Below, piece by piece: positions 11,501-21,634 of a stretch of 64,000 nt of DNA (positions are counted from its first letter, which is position 1; each line of letters begins with the position of its first letter). The translations under genes were made by a program, and so were the position numbers. Origin of the DNA: an uncultured delta proteobacterium (GTDB taxonomy: Bacteria; Myxococcota; Myxococcia; SLRQ01); contig CAVSGM010000002.1 of the NCBI GenBank assembly GCA_963727485.1, forward strand, positions 1,792,001-1,856,000, in the 5' to 3' direction. The notes under the pieces were generated by a model, which was not told where the DNA came from, searched no databases, and saw only the letters and a program-made list of their open reading frames with translations.

Positions 11501-14500
11501 CTGGCCACCGGCGCCCTCGATCCCGTCTCCAGCCTCGAGGCCACGGTGCGCGTGGCGCGGATCCACGCCGCCGCCGGGGAGGCGCCCGCCGCCGCCGAGG
11601 CCTGGGCCCGGGTTCTCGACGCCGACCCGGACCACGCCGAGGCCCTCGGCGCCCTCGAGGCCCACCACGCCGAGCGCAAGGACTGGTCCGCCCTCGCCGC
11701 CCTCCACCGGAGCCGGGCCCAGGCGCTGGCCGCCGCCGGGGATCCCGAGGGCGCCGCCGCCGCCGAGCTCGCCCGGTCCGCCGCCCTCGAGTCCGTCGGC
11801 GACCTCGAGGCCGCCCGGGCCGCGGTGGTCGCCGCCCTCGACCGGCGCCCGGGGTGGGACGCCGCCCTCGACCGCCTCGCCGACCTCGCCCGGGCCGCCG
11901 GCGACGCCGCCGCCGAGGCCAAGGCCCTCCAGGCCCGCCTCGAGGCCGCCGAGGACACCCGGGCCCGGTCCGCCGCCGCCTGCGCCCTCGGCCGCCTCCA
12001 TCGCCGCGGCGGCGACGACCTCACCGCCGCCGCCGCCTACCGCGTGGCCCTGGTCGCCGCCGGCGAGGGTGAGGGCGAGGGGGCACCCACCTGGGCCCGG
12101 GACGCCGTCCGGGAGGGCGCCGCGGTCCTCGCCGGGGTCACCCTCTCCGCCGGGGATCCCGCAGGCGCCCTGACGCTGGTCGATCGCGCCCGCGCCGCCG
12201 GCGCCGAGGGCCCCGACCTCCTCAAGATCGAGGCCCGGGCCGCCGCCCTGGCCGGGGACGCCGCCCGGGCCCGGGACCGGTTCCAGGAGATCCTCGCCGA
12301 GCGCCCCGACGATCCGGTGGCCCTCGAGGGCCTCGCCGCCGCCGCCGCCGCCCTTGGGGACGCCGAGGGCGAGCTCGAGGCGCGCAGCCGCCGGGCCGAG
12401 GCCGCCGGCGACGCCGGGGACCAGGTGGAGTGGCACCTCGCCGGGGCCGCCCGCGCCCGGGAGCTGGACCGCGCCGAGGAGGCCGCCGCCGCCGAGGACG
12501 CCGCCTTCGACGCCGACCCCACCGACCCCCGGGCCTTCGAGGCGGTGCGCCGGCGCCTGGACGAGACCGGCGACGCCCGGGGCCTCCACGACCTCTGGCG
12601 CCGCCGCGCCCGCGCCCTCGAGGACGACCGGGCCCGGGCCGAGGCCTTCTACGAGCAGGGCGAGGTGGCCCGCCTCCGCCTCGACGAGCCCCACATGGCC
12701 GCGGAGGCCTACGAGCGGACCCTGGCGTTGGCCCCGGATCACCCGGCGGCCCTGGCCGCTCTCGCCGAGACCTTCCATGTCCTCGGGCGCCCGGATCGCG
12801 CCGAGCCCCTCTACCGACGCCTCCCCGACGGCGGCCCCGGGCTCCCGGCGTTCGTGGTCCACCACCGCCTCGGGGAGCTCGAGGCCGGCCGGGGCCGGGA
12901 CCGGGAGGCGCTGGCGGCCTTCCGGGAGGCCGCCGCCCGGAACCCCGGCTTCCTCCCGGCGTGGCAGTCGGCCCGCACCGTGGCGCGGCGCCTCGGGGAC
13001 GCCGACGCCGAGACCGCGGCCCTCGAGGGCCTCCTCGAGGCCCTCCCCGACGACGCGGGGGAGGACCGCCTGGCGGCCATCAAGAGCCTCGGCGACCTCG
13101 CCCGCGGGCGCCTCAAGACCGAGGTGGCCCTGCGCCACTACCAGGCCGCCGCCGAGCTCGACCCGGCCGACCGGGAGGTCCACGAGGCCCTCGCCGACCT
13201 CTACGGGGGCCAGGGCCGGTGGCGGGAGGCCCAGGCGGCCCTGGAGCGCCTCGCCGACGCCACCACCGAGCCCGACGCCGAGGCCGAGGTCTGGGTCCGC
13301 CTCGCCCGGCTCCACGCCAACCGCCTCGCCGACGCCGACGGGGCCCTGCCCTGCCTCGCCCGCGCCCTGGAGGCCGACCCGGACCACGTGGACGCCTGGC
13401 GCCTGCGCCTGGAGCTCGAGGCGCCCCGGGGCGACGCCGCGGCCATCGCCGACTGCGCCCGGCGCCTCGCCGAGCTCGGCCACGAGGGCGACCTCGAGCC
13501 CTTCCGCCTCGAGGTGGGCCGGGCCCTGCTCGCCACCGGGGACCCGGCCACCGCCGCCCCCTGGCTCCTCGACGCCGCCCGGGCCCGCCCCGCCGACGCG
13601 GCCCTCGCCGCCGAGGCCGCCGCCGCCCTCACCGTCTCCGGCCACCCCGAGGACGCCGCGGCCCTCCTCGCCGAACGCGCCGAGCAGTCCGGCAGCCCCG
13701 CCGACCTCCGGGAGGCCGCCGAGGCGGCCCTGGCCGCGGGGGACGCCCGGGGCTACGTGGACAAGATGTGGGCGGGCCTCGCCGACGCCGGCCTCGAGCC
13801 CAGGCTCCAGGCGCTGGCCGCCCGGGGCCTCGCCGAGGTCATGGGCCAGCGCCTCGGGGACCCGGCCGCCGCCGCCGAGGCCCTGCGCCCCTTCGCCGTC
13901 GCCCACCCCGAGGATCGCGGGCTCCTCGGCCAGCTCGCGGCCCTCCTCGAGGACGCCGGGGACCCCGCCGGGGCCCTCACCCTGTGGCTGGACATGGCCC
14001 GCCGTGCCCCCGACGACCTCCGGGCCCTGGGCCGGGCCGCGGAGCTCCTCGAGCCGCAAAGCCCCCTGCGCGCCGGGCTCCTCCGGGGCCTCACGGCCTT
14101 CGTCGAGGGCGCCGGGCCCCGGGACACCGCCGCCGACCTCTCGGGCCTCCGGGTCTCGGAGATTGGGCGGATGGAGCTCGCCGACCCGGCGGTGGCCGGC
14201 CCCCTGGGCTGGTTCCTCCGGGCGATGACCCCCTACCTCGAGCCCCTCTTCCCCGCGGACCTCCTCCGGGCCGGCGCCGACGAGAGCGCCTACCTCGACC
14301 CGGCCCTCTCCGAGCCCGCGGCCCGCCTCACCGACTTCGCCCGGGTGGTCACCGACCGGCCCCTGCGCCTCTACCGCTCCGAGCGCCTGGGCTTCGAGCT
14401 GCAGGTGGAGAACACCCGGCCGGTGAGCGTCATCGTCGGCGCCGAGGTCCTGGACGCGTCCCCGGGCCTCCGGGACCAGGTGCTGCTCCGGGCCGCCGAG

Positions 14501-14950
14501 CTCGCCGGCGCCGGCTACGCCCTCCCGGGGAAGTTCACCGGCCAGGACTTCGAGCTGCTGGTCCGCCTGGCCCTCGCCTTCTTCGATGCCTCGGTGGCGG
14601 TGCCCCTCTCCGACGACCGCCGGGCCCAGTACCTCGAGGCCATGGGGCGCCTGTGCCCCGACGCTCGCAAGGCCCAGCTCGAGCCCCTGGCCGCCGAGGC
14701 GGTGGCGGCGCTCCCGCGCTTCGATCCGGCGGGCTACGCCTCGGCCCTGCGCCGGACCGCCGACCGCCTGGCCCTGGTGGTCACCGGCGACGTCCCCGGG
14801 ACCCTCACCACCCTCCTGCGCCTCGACCGTCGCGCCGCCACCCCGGTGGCCGGGCGCGGGGAGGCGGTGCGCACCCACCCGGCGGCCTTCGATCTGTGCC
14901 GCTTCCTCCTCCGGGACGACCTCGAGGACGTCTGGGACTCGGTGCGCTAA
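2599..14950 (+). CDS. Giant (~4100 aa) Ala-rich tetratricopeptide-repeat protein, one frameshift near 7963
   Basis: ORF 2599..~7963 joins ORF 7967..14950; continuous TPR-like helices (e.g. YERTLALAPDHPAALAALAETF); consistent GC3 bias; stop TAA at 14948-14950. Confidence 0.85.
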
Positions 14951-15016
14951 GCACGACGCCCCGGCACCACCGCGAGGTGGGCCGGGGCGAGGGTGCGGCC
15001 CGGAGGCCGGCGGCGA

Positions 15017-15901
15017 TCAGCTGCCGATGAGGAACATCACGAAGCAGCTGTTGGCGATGGTCGCCGCCTGCTGGTCGGTGAAGGTCATCCCGGTCTTGGA
15101 GCCGGTGTAGTCGGCCAGGGCCACGTCGGAGACCACGAACACGCCGTTGGCGGAGGTGGCGCCGGTGGTGGTCAGCCCCGAGAAGTCGGCCTTCGGGTAG
15201 AAGGCCTGGGGGATGGCGTTGCCGTTGGTGTCGGTGAGGGTCACGCCCTCGATGGGGGCGTTGTTGGCGTCCACGAAGGTCCCGAGGATGAAGCCCGAGG
15301 AGAGCAGGTCGCCGGGGTTCTTGCCGTCGAGCGTGGCGAGGGCACCCTCGGTGGCGGCGGTGACCGCGAAGGCATTGGCGCCGCTGACCGCGCCGCTGGT
15401 GAAGGGCGGGGCGGCGATGCCGGTGGCGGTGTTGACGAAGGTGCTGTTGCCGGTCTTGTTGTCGACCACGGCGATGAGGCCGAGGACCACGTTGTCGGCG
15501 TTGACGCTCTGGAGGGAGAAGGTCGCGGTGGTCGGGTCGGTGCTGTCCGGGGTGAGGTCGCCCATCACCGGGGTGCACGCGGCGTCGGAGTAGGTGAGGA
15601 TCGGCTTGTTGCCGCTGAGCAGCCCGCTGGCCCGGGCCATGGCCAGGGTGGTGTTGTCGAGGGTGACGGTGGTGCTGGTGCCCGCGGCGATCGCCGCCGA
15701 CACCGGGTGGACGCTCACCGTGCCGTCGATGGTGATCGGGGTCTGGGTGACGCAGGTGGAGCCGGCGTCCTGGGTGCCGGCGTCGGTGGTGCCGGCATCG
15801 GTGGTGCCCCCGTCGGTGCCGTTGTTGGTGCCGCTGCAGGCGGAGAAGAGGACGATGGCGGGCAGGGCCACGAGGATCGTGGCCAGACGCTTGGTATTCA
15901 T
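15017..15901 (-). CDS. Thr-rich beta-sandwich lipoprotein (carboxypeptidase-regulatory-like C-terminus)
   Basis: MNTKRLATILVALPAIVLFSAC lipobox, GGAGG RBS, TDAG linker repeats, GTFVDANNAPIEGVTLT motif. Confidence 0.7.
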   Translation of the reverse strand: MNTKRLATILVALPAIVLFSACSGTNNGTDGGTTDAGTTDAGTQDAGSTCVTQTPITIDGTVSVHPVSAAIAAGTSTTVTLDNTTLAMARASGLLSGNKPILTYSDAACTPVMGDLTPDSTDPTTATFSLQSVNADNVVLGLIAVVDNKTGNSTFVNTATGIAAPPFTSGAVSGANAFAVTAATEGALATLDGKNPGDLLSSGFILGTFVDANNAPIEGVTLTDTNGNAIPQAFYPKADFSGLTTTGATSANGVFVVSDVALADYTGSKTGMTFTDQQAATIANSCFVMFLIGS

Positions 15902-15929
15902 GGATTCCTCCAAGGGAATGGCGCCGGGA

Positions 15930-17375
15930 TCAGGCGCCGAACTTGCCCTCGAGACCGAGGACGAGAAGGGTGGTGTTGGCATCGTAGGTGCCGTTGCCGA
16001 TGACCTGGCCCTGGTAGGGCTGGCCGATGGGCGGCGGCGACACCTGCTGGCGCACCGAGCTGTTGCGGACGGTCTGCTGCGCCTGGAAGATGTGGCTGGC
16101 GGTGAGGGTGATGCCGAGGTAGCCGAGGTCGTAGGTGACCCCGGCGCTCACCTGGTTGCGCAGCCCATCGAGGAAGTCGATGCCCAGGGTGTCGGCGGGG
16201 ATGGCGCTGCTGGAGAAGGTGTAGCCGGCGCGCACCGTGAGCGGCACCGGGAGGTGGTACTGCTGCTTGAGGTCGAGGCGCCCGCCGACGCGCACGCTCA
16301 CCGTGTCGTTCCAGCGCTTGGGGATGACGATGTCGGGCAGCTTGTTGGAGCTGTTCCCGAGGGTGAGGGTGATGTCGGGCTTGACCACCAGGGCCTGCAC
16401 CGTGGACCACTGGGTGTAGTCGACGTCGAAGCTCCCCTCCCAGCCCCCCTTGTAGACGGCGGCGCCGAAGCGCCAGACGGTGGGGAACTTGGTGGTGAGG
16501 GTGGCGGCGTTGCCCTCGAGCTTGCCCCCGAGGGTGTCGAGGAGGCCCTGGAGCTGGTCGGTGAGGGTCACGTCGAGGGTGCCGGTGCCCTCGATGGTGA
16601 AGCCCGGCCGCCAGGAGGCGCCGAAGATGACGCCGTCGGCGGGACGCGCCTGGATCCCGAGGATCCCGGTGAACACCGGCTTGCTGGTCACCGAGAGGTC
16701 GGCGATGCCGTCGTTGGCCGGGTCCTGGCCCGGGCCGAGGCCGGCGTAGATGGCCTGGGAGAACGCCGTCGAGCCCACCACCACCTGGGCGGTGCCGCCG
16801 ATGGACAGCCACTTGGTCGGCGCCCAGCCGACGGCCAGCGAGGGGTAGAGCACCAGGATGTTGGAGTCGATCAGCATGTAGCGCTGGGGCGCCTGCTGGC
16901 TGATCGCCGAGGTGTCGGTGGGATCGTTGTTGGGGTTGCCGTCGAAGAGCGTCGGCTCGATCTTCCGCGGGTCGGGGTAGGTCTGGGCCCCGAAGGCGCT
17001 GGGGCCGTAGATACCGGCGGCGACGGTGAGCCCCTTGAAGATCTGCTGGCTCACCGCGAGGAACGGCGCGATCCACGGGTTGTAGCCGTTGTGCACCATG
17101 TCGCCCATCGGCTTCCCGGTGGCGTCGAAGCGCTGGTAGCCGGTGTTCATGAACACGAAGTGGCCGTCGAGGACCACCCGGGTGCCGGTGAGGCCGGCGA
17201 GGCCCGCGGGGTTGAAGTAGAGCGCCGTGCCGTCCGTGGGGTCGGCCGTGAACGCGCCGCCCTGGGCCAGGGCCTTGGCCCCGTTGTCCGGGTACTCGTA
17301 GCCCGAAGCCCGGGCGAGACCCGGCACCGTGGACACGGCAAACACCATCGCCATCCCGATAGACCACCGCCGCAT
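15930..17375 (-). CDS. OmpP1/FadL/TodX family outer-membrane transporter
   Basis: Signal peptide then SGYEYPDNGAKALAQGGAFTADPTDGTALYFNPAGLA (FadL N-terminal signature); WNDTVSVRVG and TVRAGY strands; C-terminal aromatic residue. Confidence 0.9.
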   Translation of the reverse strand: MRRWSIGMAMVFAVSTVPGLARASGYEYPDNGAKALAQGGAFTADPTDGTALYFNPAGLAGLTGTRVVLDGHFVFMNTGYQRFDATGKPMGDMVHNGYNPWIAPFLAVSQQIFKGLTVAAGIYGPSAFGAQTYPDPRKIEPTLFDGNPNNDPTDTSAISQQAPQRYMLIDSNILVLYPSLAVGWAPTKWLSIGGTAQVVVGSTAFSQAIYAGLGPGQDPANDGIADLSVTSKPVFTGILGIQARPADGVIFGASWRPGFTIEGTGTLDVTLTDQLQGLLDTLGGKLEGNAATLTTKFPTVWRFGAAVYKGGWEGSFDVDYTQWSTVQALVVKPDITLTLGNSSNKLPDIVIPKRWNDTVSVRVGGRLDLKQQYHLPVPLTVRAGYTFSSSAIPADTLGIDFLDGLRNQVSAGVTYDLGYLGITLTASHIFQAQQTVRNSSVRQQVSPPPIGQPYQGQVIGNGTYDANTTLLVLGLEGKFGA

Positions 17376-17603
17376 CTGTCCCCTCCTCACCCGCGTCCGG
17401 GCGTGGGTCACCCCACCCCTCGCGGGACGTAGGTCACCAATAGGCAACCGAGGGGCCGGTGGCAAGGAAATCGCCACCACCGCCTCGGAGCGCCCGGGCC
17501 GCCGCGGGCCCCGGAGACGACGGCGGCGACCCGGATGGGGTCGCCGCCTGGGAGGCCGGCGAGGGCGCGCGAGGCGCCCCCGGGGCCCGGGAGGGTCTGC
17601 CGG

Positions 17604-18939
17604 TCAGCGCGCCGGCTTCTTCTTGGCCGGGCGCCCCGGGTGGGCCGCGTGGCCCCGGGGGTGCTGCGCTCCTTGGCGCCGTTCTTGGCCTTCCGGGCCT
17701 TCTCGGGCACGAAGCCGCGGCCGCCCCGGGAGCCGCTGCTCCCGCCCACCGGACGGGTCACGGGCCGGGTCACCGGCGGGCGCACGCCCGGACCGGGGTG
17801 GAAGCCGCCGCTCGAGCCCGGGTTCGACGGAGCCTGGGGCCGCCCCGGGTTCACCGGGTGGAAGCGCGGCGGGGGGGGCGCGCTCGGCCGCCCCGGGTTC
17901 ACCGGGTGGAAGGTCGGCTGGGAGGGCGCGCTCGGCCGCCCCGGGTTCACCGGGTGGAAGGTCGGCTGGGAGGGCGCGCTCGGCCGCCCCGGGTTCACCG
18001 GGTGGAAGGTCGGCTGGGAGGGCGCGCTCGGCCGCCCCGGGTTCACCGGGTGGAAGGTCGGCTGGGAGGGCGCGCTCGGCCGCCCCGGGTTCACCGGGTG
18101 GCCGCCCGCGGGCTGGCCCGAGCCCTCGATGGGCCCGAGGTCGACGCTCCCGCGGCTCCCGGGCACCGGGTGGCCGTTGCCGATCCCCGGATTCCGCCGG
18201 GCGGAAGCCGCCGTTCCCACCGTTGACCGGGTGCCCGTAGGTGGGGTTGCCGTTCCCGCCGTTGACCGGGTGCCCGTAGGCCGGGTTGCCGTTCCCGCCG
18301 TTGACCGGATGCCCGTAGGCCGGGTGCCGTTCCGCCGTTGACCGGGTGCCCGTAGGCCGGGGTGCCGCTTGCCGGGCGCGCCGGGTGGCCGGCGTAGGTG
18401 CCGCCGCCGCGCACCGGGTGCCCGGGGGTCACGTAGACCGGGTGGGCCCGGCGGTAGGCGGGCTCGGCGGGGTGGTAGCGCCCGTTGTCGGCGTCACGCC
18501 GGTTCGGGTCCCAGTAGTAGTAGCGATAGGTCGGCTGGTAGTGCCACCCGAGGTTGTAGCCCGGGTGGTAGTGGTGCACGTGCCGCCCGTGTCGGTAGCA
18601 CCACCCGCCCCCGTCGGCGGCGGGGATGGGATGGGGGCCGTAGAAGTAGAAGCTCACCGGGCCCTGGTAGCTGTAGTACCCGTCGTCGTTCTGGTAGTAC
18701 TCCGCGTAGTCGGGCGGGTAGACGTGGTAGTGGAGGCCCTGGATGAAGCACCACCCGCCTCCGTAGCGCTCGGGGATCACGTGGCCGCCGTAGTAGGCGT
18801 AGTACTGGGTGGGCTGCTGCTGCTGGGCGTAGGTGGCGGTGTCGGGCCGGTACTCGTGGACGACACAGCCCGAGCCGAAGAGGAGCAGCGCCGAGGCGGC
18901 GCCGAGGATGAGGGCTCTGGCTCGGTGGGGGATGCGCAT
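17604..18939 (-). CDS. Tyr/His-rich lipoprotein with a Pro/Gly-rich repetitive tail, several frame breaks
   Basis: Lipobox LLFGSGC; two GGGWC/His motifs; HPVN repeat tail spread over ORFs 18091..18939 and 17408..18220; plausible end PAKKKPAR-TGA at 17604 (inferred). Confidence 0.6.
17840..18101. repeat. Coding tandem repeat, 48-bp unit (FHPVNPGRPSAPSQPT), ~4 exact plus flanking degenerate copies
   Basis: Unit cgccccgggttcaccgggtggaaggtcggctgggagggcgcgctcggc repeated head to tail. Confidence 0.95.
18208..18360. repeat. Coding tandem repeat, ~39-bp unit (GNGNPAYGHPVNG-like), ~4 imperfect copies
   Basis: Recurrent ccgttgaccgggtgcccgtagg core. Confidence 0.85.
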
Positions 18940-19126
18940 CGTGATCTCCTTGCGGTCGACGGCCTCGGCCGTCCGTGGGCACCGACGGAGCGGTCGCCCG
19001 GGTATTCAGCCTCGCGCTTCCTGCTCTTCAGAGCAAGCCGGGTGCCACGCCACGGATTGCCCAAGTACCTGGAAACACGTGACCCCCCAGGGGCCAGGGT
19101 GTGACCGTCAGTCACGCCGTGGTGAA

Positions 19127-19789
19127 TCAGTGGCTCGGGCCGCCCCGGCACAGGACCAGGTGGCGCGTCAGCAGGGTCAGGTAGGCGTCCGCCGACCGGG
19201 CCCCGGCGACGATCCACCGCTGGTCCACGAGGAGCGAGGGGACCGCCCGGATCCCCAGGGCCTCGGCGCGCTCCCGGTGGGCGAGGATCTCCCCGAGCTG
19301 GCCCCCGCTGGCGAGGTCGGTGGCGAGGCGCACCGGGTCCAGCCCCACGTCCCGGAGGCCCTCGGCGAGCTCGATGATCACCCCGGGCCGGCTCACGTTC
19401 AGCCCCCGTTCGAAGGCCGCCGCCCGGAGGGCCGCCTCCAGGGCGGCCGCCTGCCGGGGGCCCTGGAGCCGCGCCGCCTCCACCGCCCCCAGGGGGATGA
19501 GGCCGGTGCCCGGGGGATCCTCGCCGGCCCAGAGGTCGGGGACCAGGGTCTCGCCCCCGGGCTCCCGGGCCACCCGGGCCAGGCGCCGGAGGGCGAGCCG
19601 CCGGGCCTCGGCGTCCGGTGGCTCCGAGGCCATCCGGGCGGGGAAGGGCCGGCTGGTCATCGCCACCTGCGCGCCGAAGAGGGCGATCACCGGCTCCAGG
19701 CGCTTGGCGGCCAGGTACGACCAGGGGCAGAGCAGGTCGCGGTAGAACTCGACCTCCATGGGCGCGGTGAAGGGCGCCGGGCCGCTCAT
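19127..19789 (-). CDS. DsbA/FrnE-like thioredoxin-fold protein
   Basis: VEFYRDLLCPWSYLA (CxxS), GIRAVPSLLVD cis-Pro motif, IVAGAR; start overlaps the stop of the upstream gene. Confidence 0.8.
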   Translation of the reverse strand: MSGPAPFTAPMEVEFYRDLLCPWSYLAAKRLEPVIALFGAQVAMTSRPFPARMASEPPDAEARRLALRRLARVAREPGGETLVPDLWAGEDPPGTGLIPLGAVEAARLQGPRQAAALEAALRAAAFERGLNVSRPGVIIELAEGLRDVGLDPVRLATDLASGGQLGEILAHRERAEALGIRAVPSLLVDQRWIVAGARSADAYLTLLTRHLVLCRGGPSH

Positions 19790-21609
19790 GGTCCCTGGTA
19801 CCGCGTCACCCCGGCGTTGGTCGCGCCGTAGAGGGTCCAGGGGGTCCCCGGCTGGACGGCCAGGTCCCGGTAGGCGGCCCCGCTGTCGAGGGTCTCCCAG
19901 ATCGCCGGCTGCCAGTTGGGCGCCGTCTGGGGCATGGACTGGAGGCGGTAGAGGCCGCTGTCGGCGCCGACGAACACGTCGCCGTCCCCCCAGATCACCA
20001 CGTCGTTCATCCCCTTGCCCGGGGGCGGGTCCCAGTTGGAGACGTGGACCGTCCAGATCCGCGGGCCCAGGTCGCAGGCGCCGCACTGGTCGATGCCGTC
20101 GAGGTCCACCCGGAGCAGGACGTTGTCCAGGTCCTGGGTGAGGACCCAGAGCACCGAGCTGCTGGCCGCCAGGGCCGAGGCGGTCCCCGCCGAGAGGGCG
20201 GTGGTCACCACCGGGTGGCTCGAGGGCCACAGCCACCAGCTCGGGTCGGCGTGGCCCAGGTCCGGGTCGGAGACGTCGAGGCGGTTCACGCCCTTGTCGG
20301 TGCACACCCAGAGGTGGCCGGCGCCGTCGTAGGTGACGCAGGAGACGTTGCCCTTGTCCGGGGGCCGGTCCGACCCGTTGGGCACGGTGACGAAGTTGTT
20401 GGAGCCGTGGTCCCGCACCCGCAGGTGGTTCGCGGTGACCGCCCACACCCGGCCCTGGCCGTCGATGGCCATGGCCCGGTCGGCGACGCTCCCGGAGGCG
20501 TCCACCGGCATCCCCACCGGGTTGGAGAGATCGGTGCGGTCGGCGAAGACCTGGACCCAGTCGCTCTTGTTGTTGCGGCCGAAGAAGGCCCGGTCGGTGT
20601 CGTCGACCACGCAGGCCCGCACCGCGCCGGTGCTGGCGTTGGAGGACTCGGCGGTGAGGTCGGGGTTGAGGCTCCTGGCCTCGGTGCCGGTGCCCACCCA
20701 GGCCGCGTCGGGGCCCGGGCCCACGCACACCGCCCGGATGTCCGTGTCCCCCCCAGGGGCGTGGGTGGTCATGGGGGCGCCGACCTGGATCTCCACCCGG
20801 TCGGTGGCGTTCTTCTGGCACTGATCCCGGACGTCGAGGAGGACCTCGTGGAGGCCCGGGTCGAGGACGACGTCGGCGGCGCTCCCCGGGGGGCCCACCG
20901 AGACGGTGGCGCCGGCGGCCATCTGGCCGTCCTGGGTGTTGCGGTACCACAGGTCCCGGGCCGGGTGGCCCGGGTAGCAGCCCGCCACGTCGCAGCTGTC
21001 GACCACCGCGGTGAGGGTCACCGGCGCGTCGCCCGATTGGAGGGTGACCCGCCCGGTGGGCGCGGCGCCGTTCACCTCGAGGTGGGCCGTCGGCGGCAGA
21101 TAGGTCGAGGGGATGTCGTCGACGTGCCCGTTGCAGTCGTCGTCCTTGCCGTCGCAGATCTCCCGGGCCCCGGGGTGGACGTAGGGGTCCTGGTCGTTGC
21201 AGTCGCCGTCGCAGACGCGGTAGCCGTCGTGATCGGCGTCGTTGGGATCGGTGCAGGTGCCGCCGTCGGGGGCGGGGCCGCCGTCGACCCCTCCGCCGTC
21301 GGCCGCGCCCCCGTCGGTGACGCCGCCGTCCCCGGGGCCGGCGTCCGGCACCCCGGCGTCGGGGCGCCCCGCGTCGGGGGGGCCCGCGTCGAGGGTCCCG
21401 GCGTCCCCGGGGCCCCCGTCGGTGACCCCGCCGTCCCCGGCGCCGGCCGCCTGGGCCACGCAGGTCCCGGCGACGCAGGCGTAGCCGGGCAGGCAGCTCT
21501 GGCTGGGGCCGCAGACATGGCCGTCGAGGCTCCCGGCCTGGGGCACGCAGCCCCCGGTGGCGACCACCACGGCCGCCACGACCACGAGGGGGATGCGCGG
21601 GGAACCCAT
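19786..21609 (-). CDS. Cys-rich lipoprotein with a MopE-type putative metal-binding motif and a C-terminal beta-propeller-like region
   Basis: Lipobox ATGGC; DAG linker; DADHDGY..CDGDCNDQDPYVHPGAREICDGKDDDCNG; propeller-like repeats DGQGRVWA and DGAGHLWVCTDKGV. Confidence 0.75.
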   Translation of the reverse strand: MGSPRIPLVVVAAVVVATGGCVPQAGSLDGHVCGPSQSCLPGYACVAGTCVAQAAGAGDGGVTDGGPGDAGTLDAGPPDAGRPDAGVPDAGPGDGGVTDGGAADGGGVDGGPAPDGGTCTDPNDADHDGYRVCDGDCNDQDPYVHPGAREICDGKDDDCNGHVDDIPSTYLPPTAHLEVNGAAPTGRVTLQSGDAPVTLTAVVDSCDVAGCYPGHPARDLWYRNTQDGQMAAGATVSVGPPGSAADVVLDPGLHEVLLDVRDQCQKNATDRVEIQVGAPMTTHAPGGDTDIRAVCVGPGPDAAWVGTGTEARSLNPDLTAESSNASTGAVRACVVDDTDRAFFGRNNKSDWVQVFADRTDLSNPVGMPVDASGSVADRAMAIDGQGRVWAVTANHLRVRDHGSNNFVTVPNGSDRPPDKGNVSCVTYDGAGHLWVCTDKGVNRLDVSDPDLGHADPSWWLWPSSHPVVTTALSAGTASALAASSSVLWVLTQDLDNVLLRVDLDGIDQCGACDLGPRIWTVHVSNWDPPPGKGMNDVVIWGDGDVFVGADSGLYRLQSMPQTAPNWQPAIWETLDSGAAYRDLAVQPGTPWTLYGATNAGVTRYQGP

Positions 21610-21634
21610 GGGCAAAGCGGCCCGGCGGCCGGGA

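Noticed and set aside
2431..14878. Very long antisense and alternate-frame ORFs (2031, 1845, 1303, 1252 aa) over the TPR gene
   Set aside because: Shadow ORFs expected from extreme GC and codon bias; Arg/Pro/Gly-rich or mirror translations without motifs
17840..18101. 48-bp direct repeats as a CRISPR array
   Set aside because: Units are contiguous with no unique spacers, the length is a multiple of 3 within a coding region, and there are no cas genes
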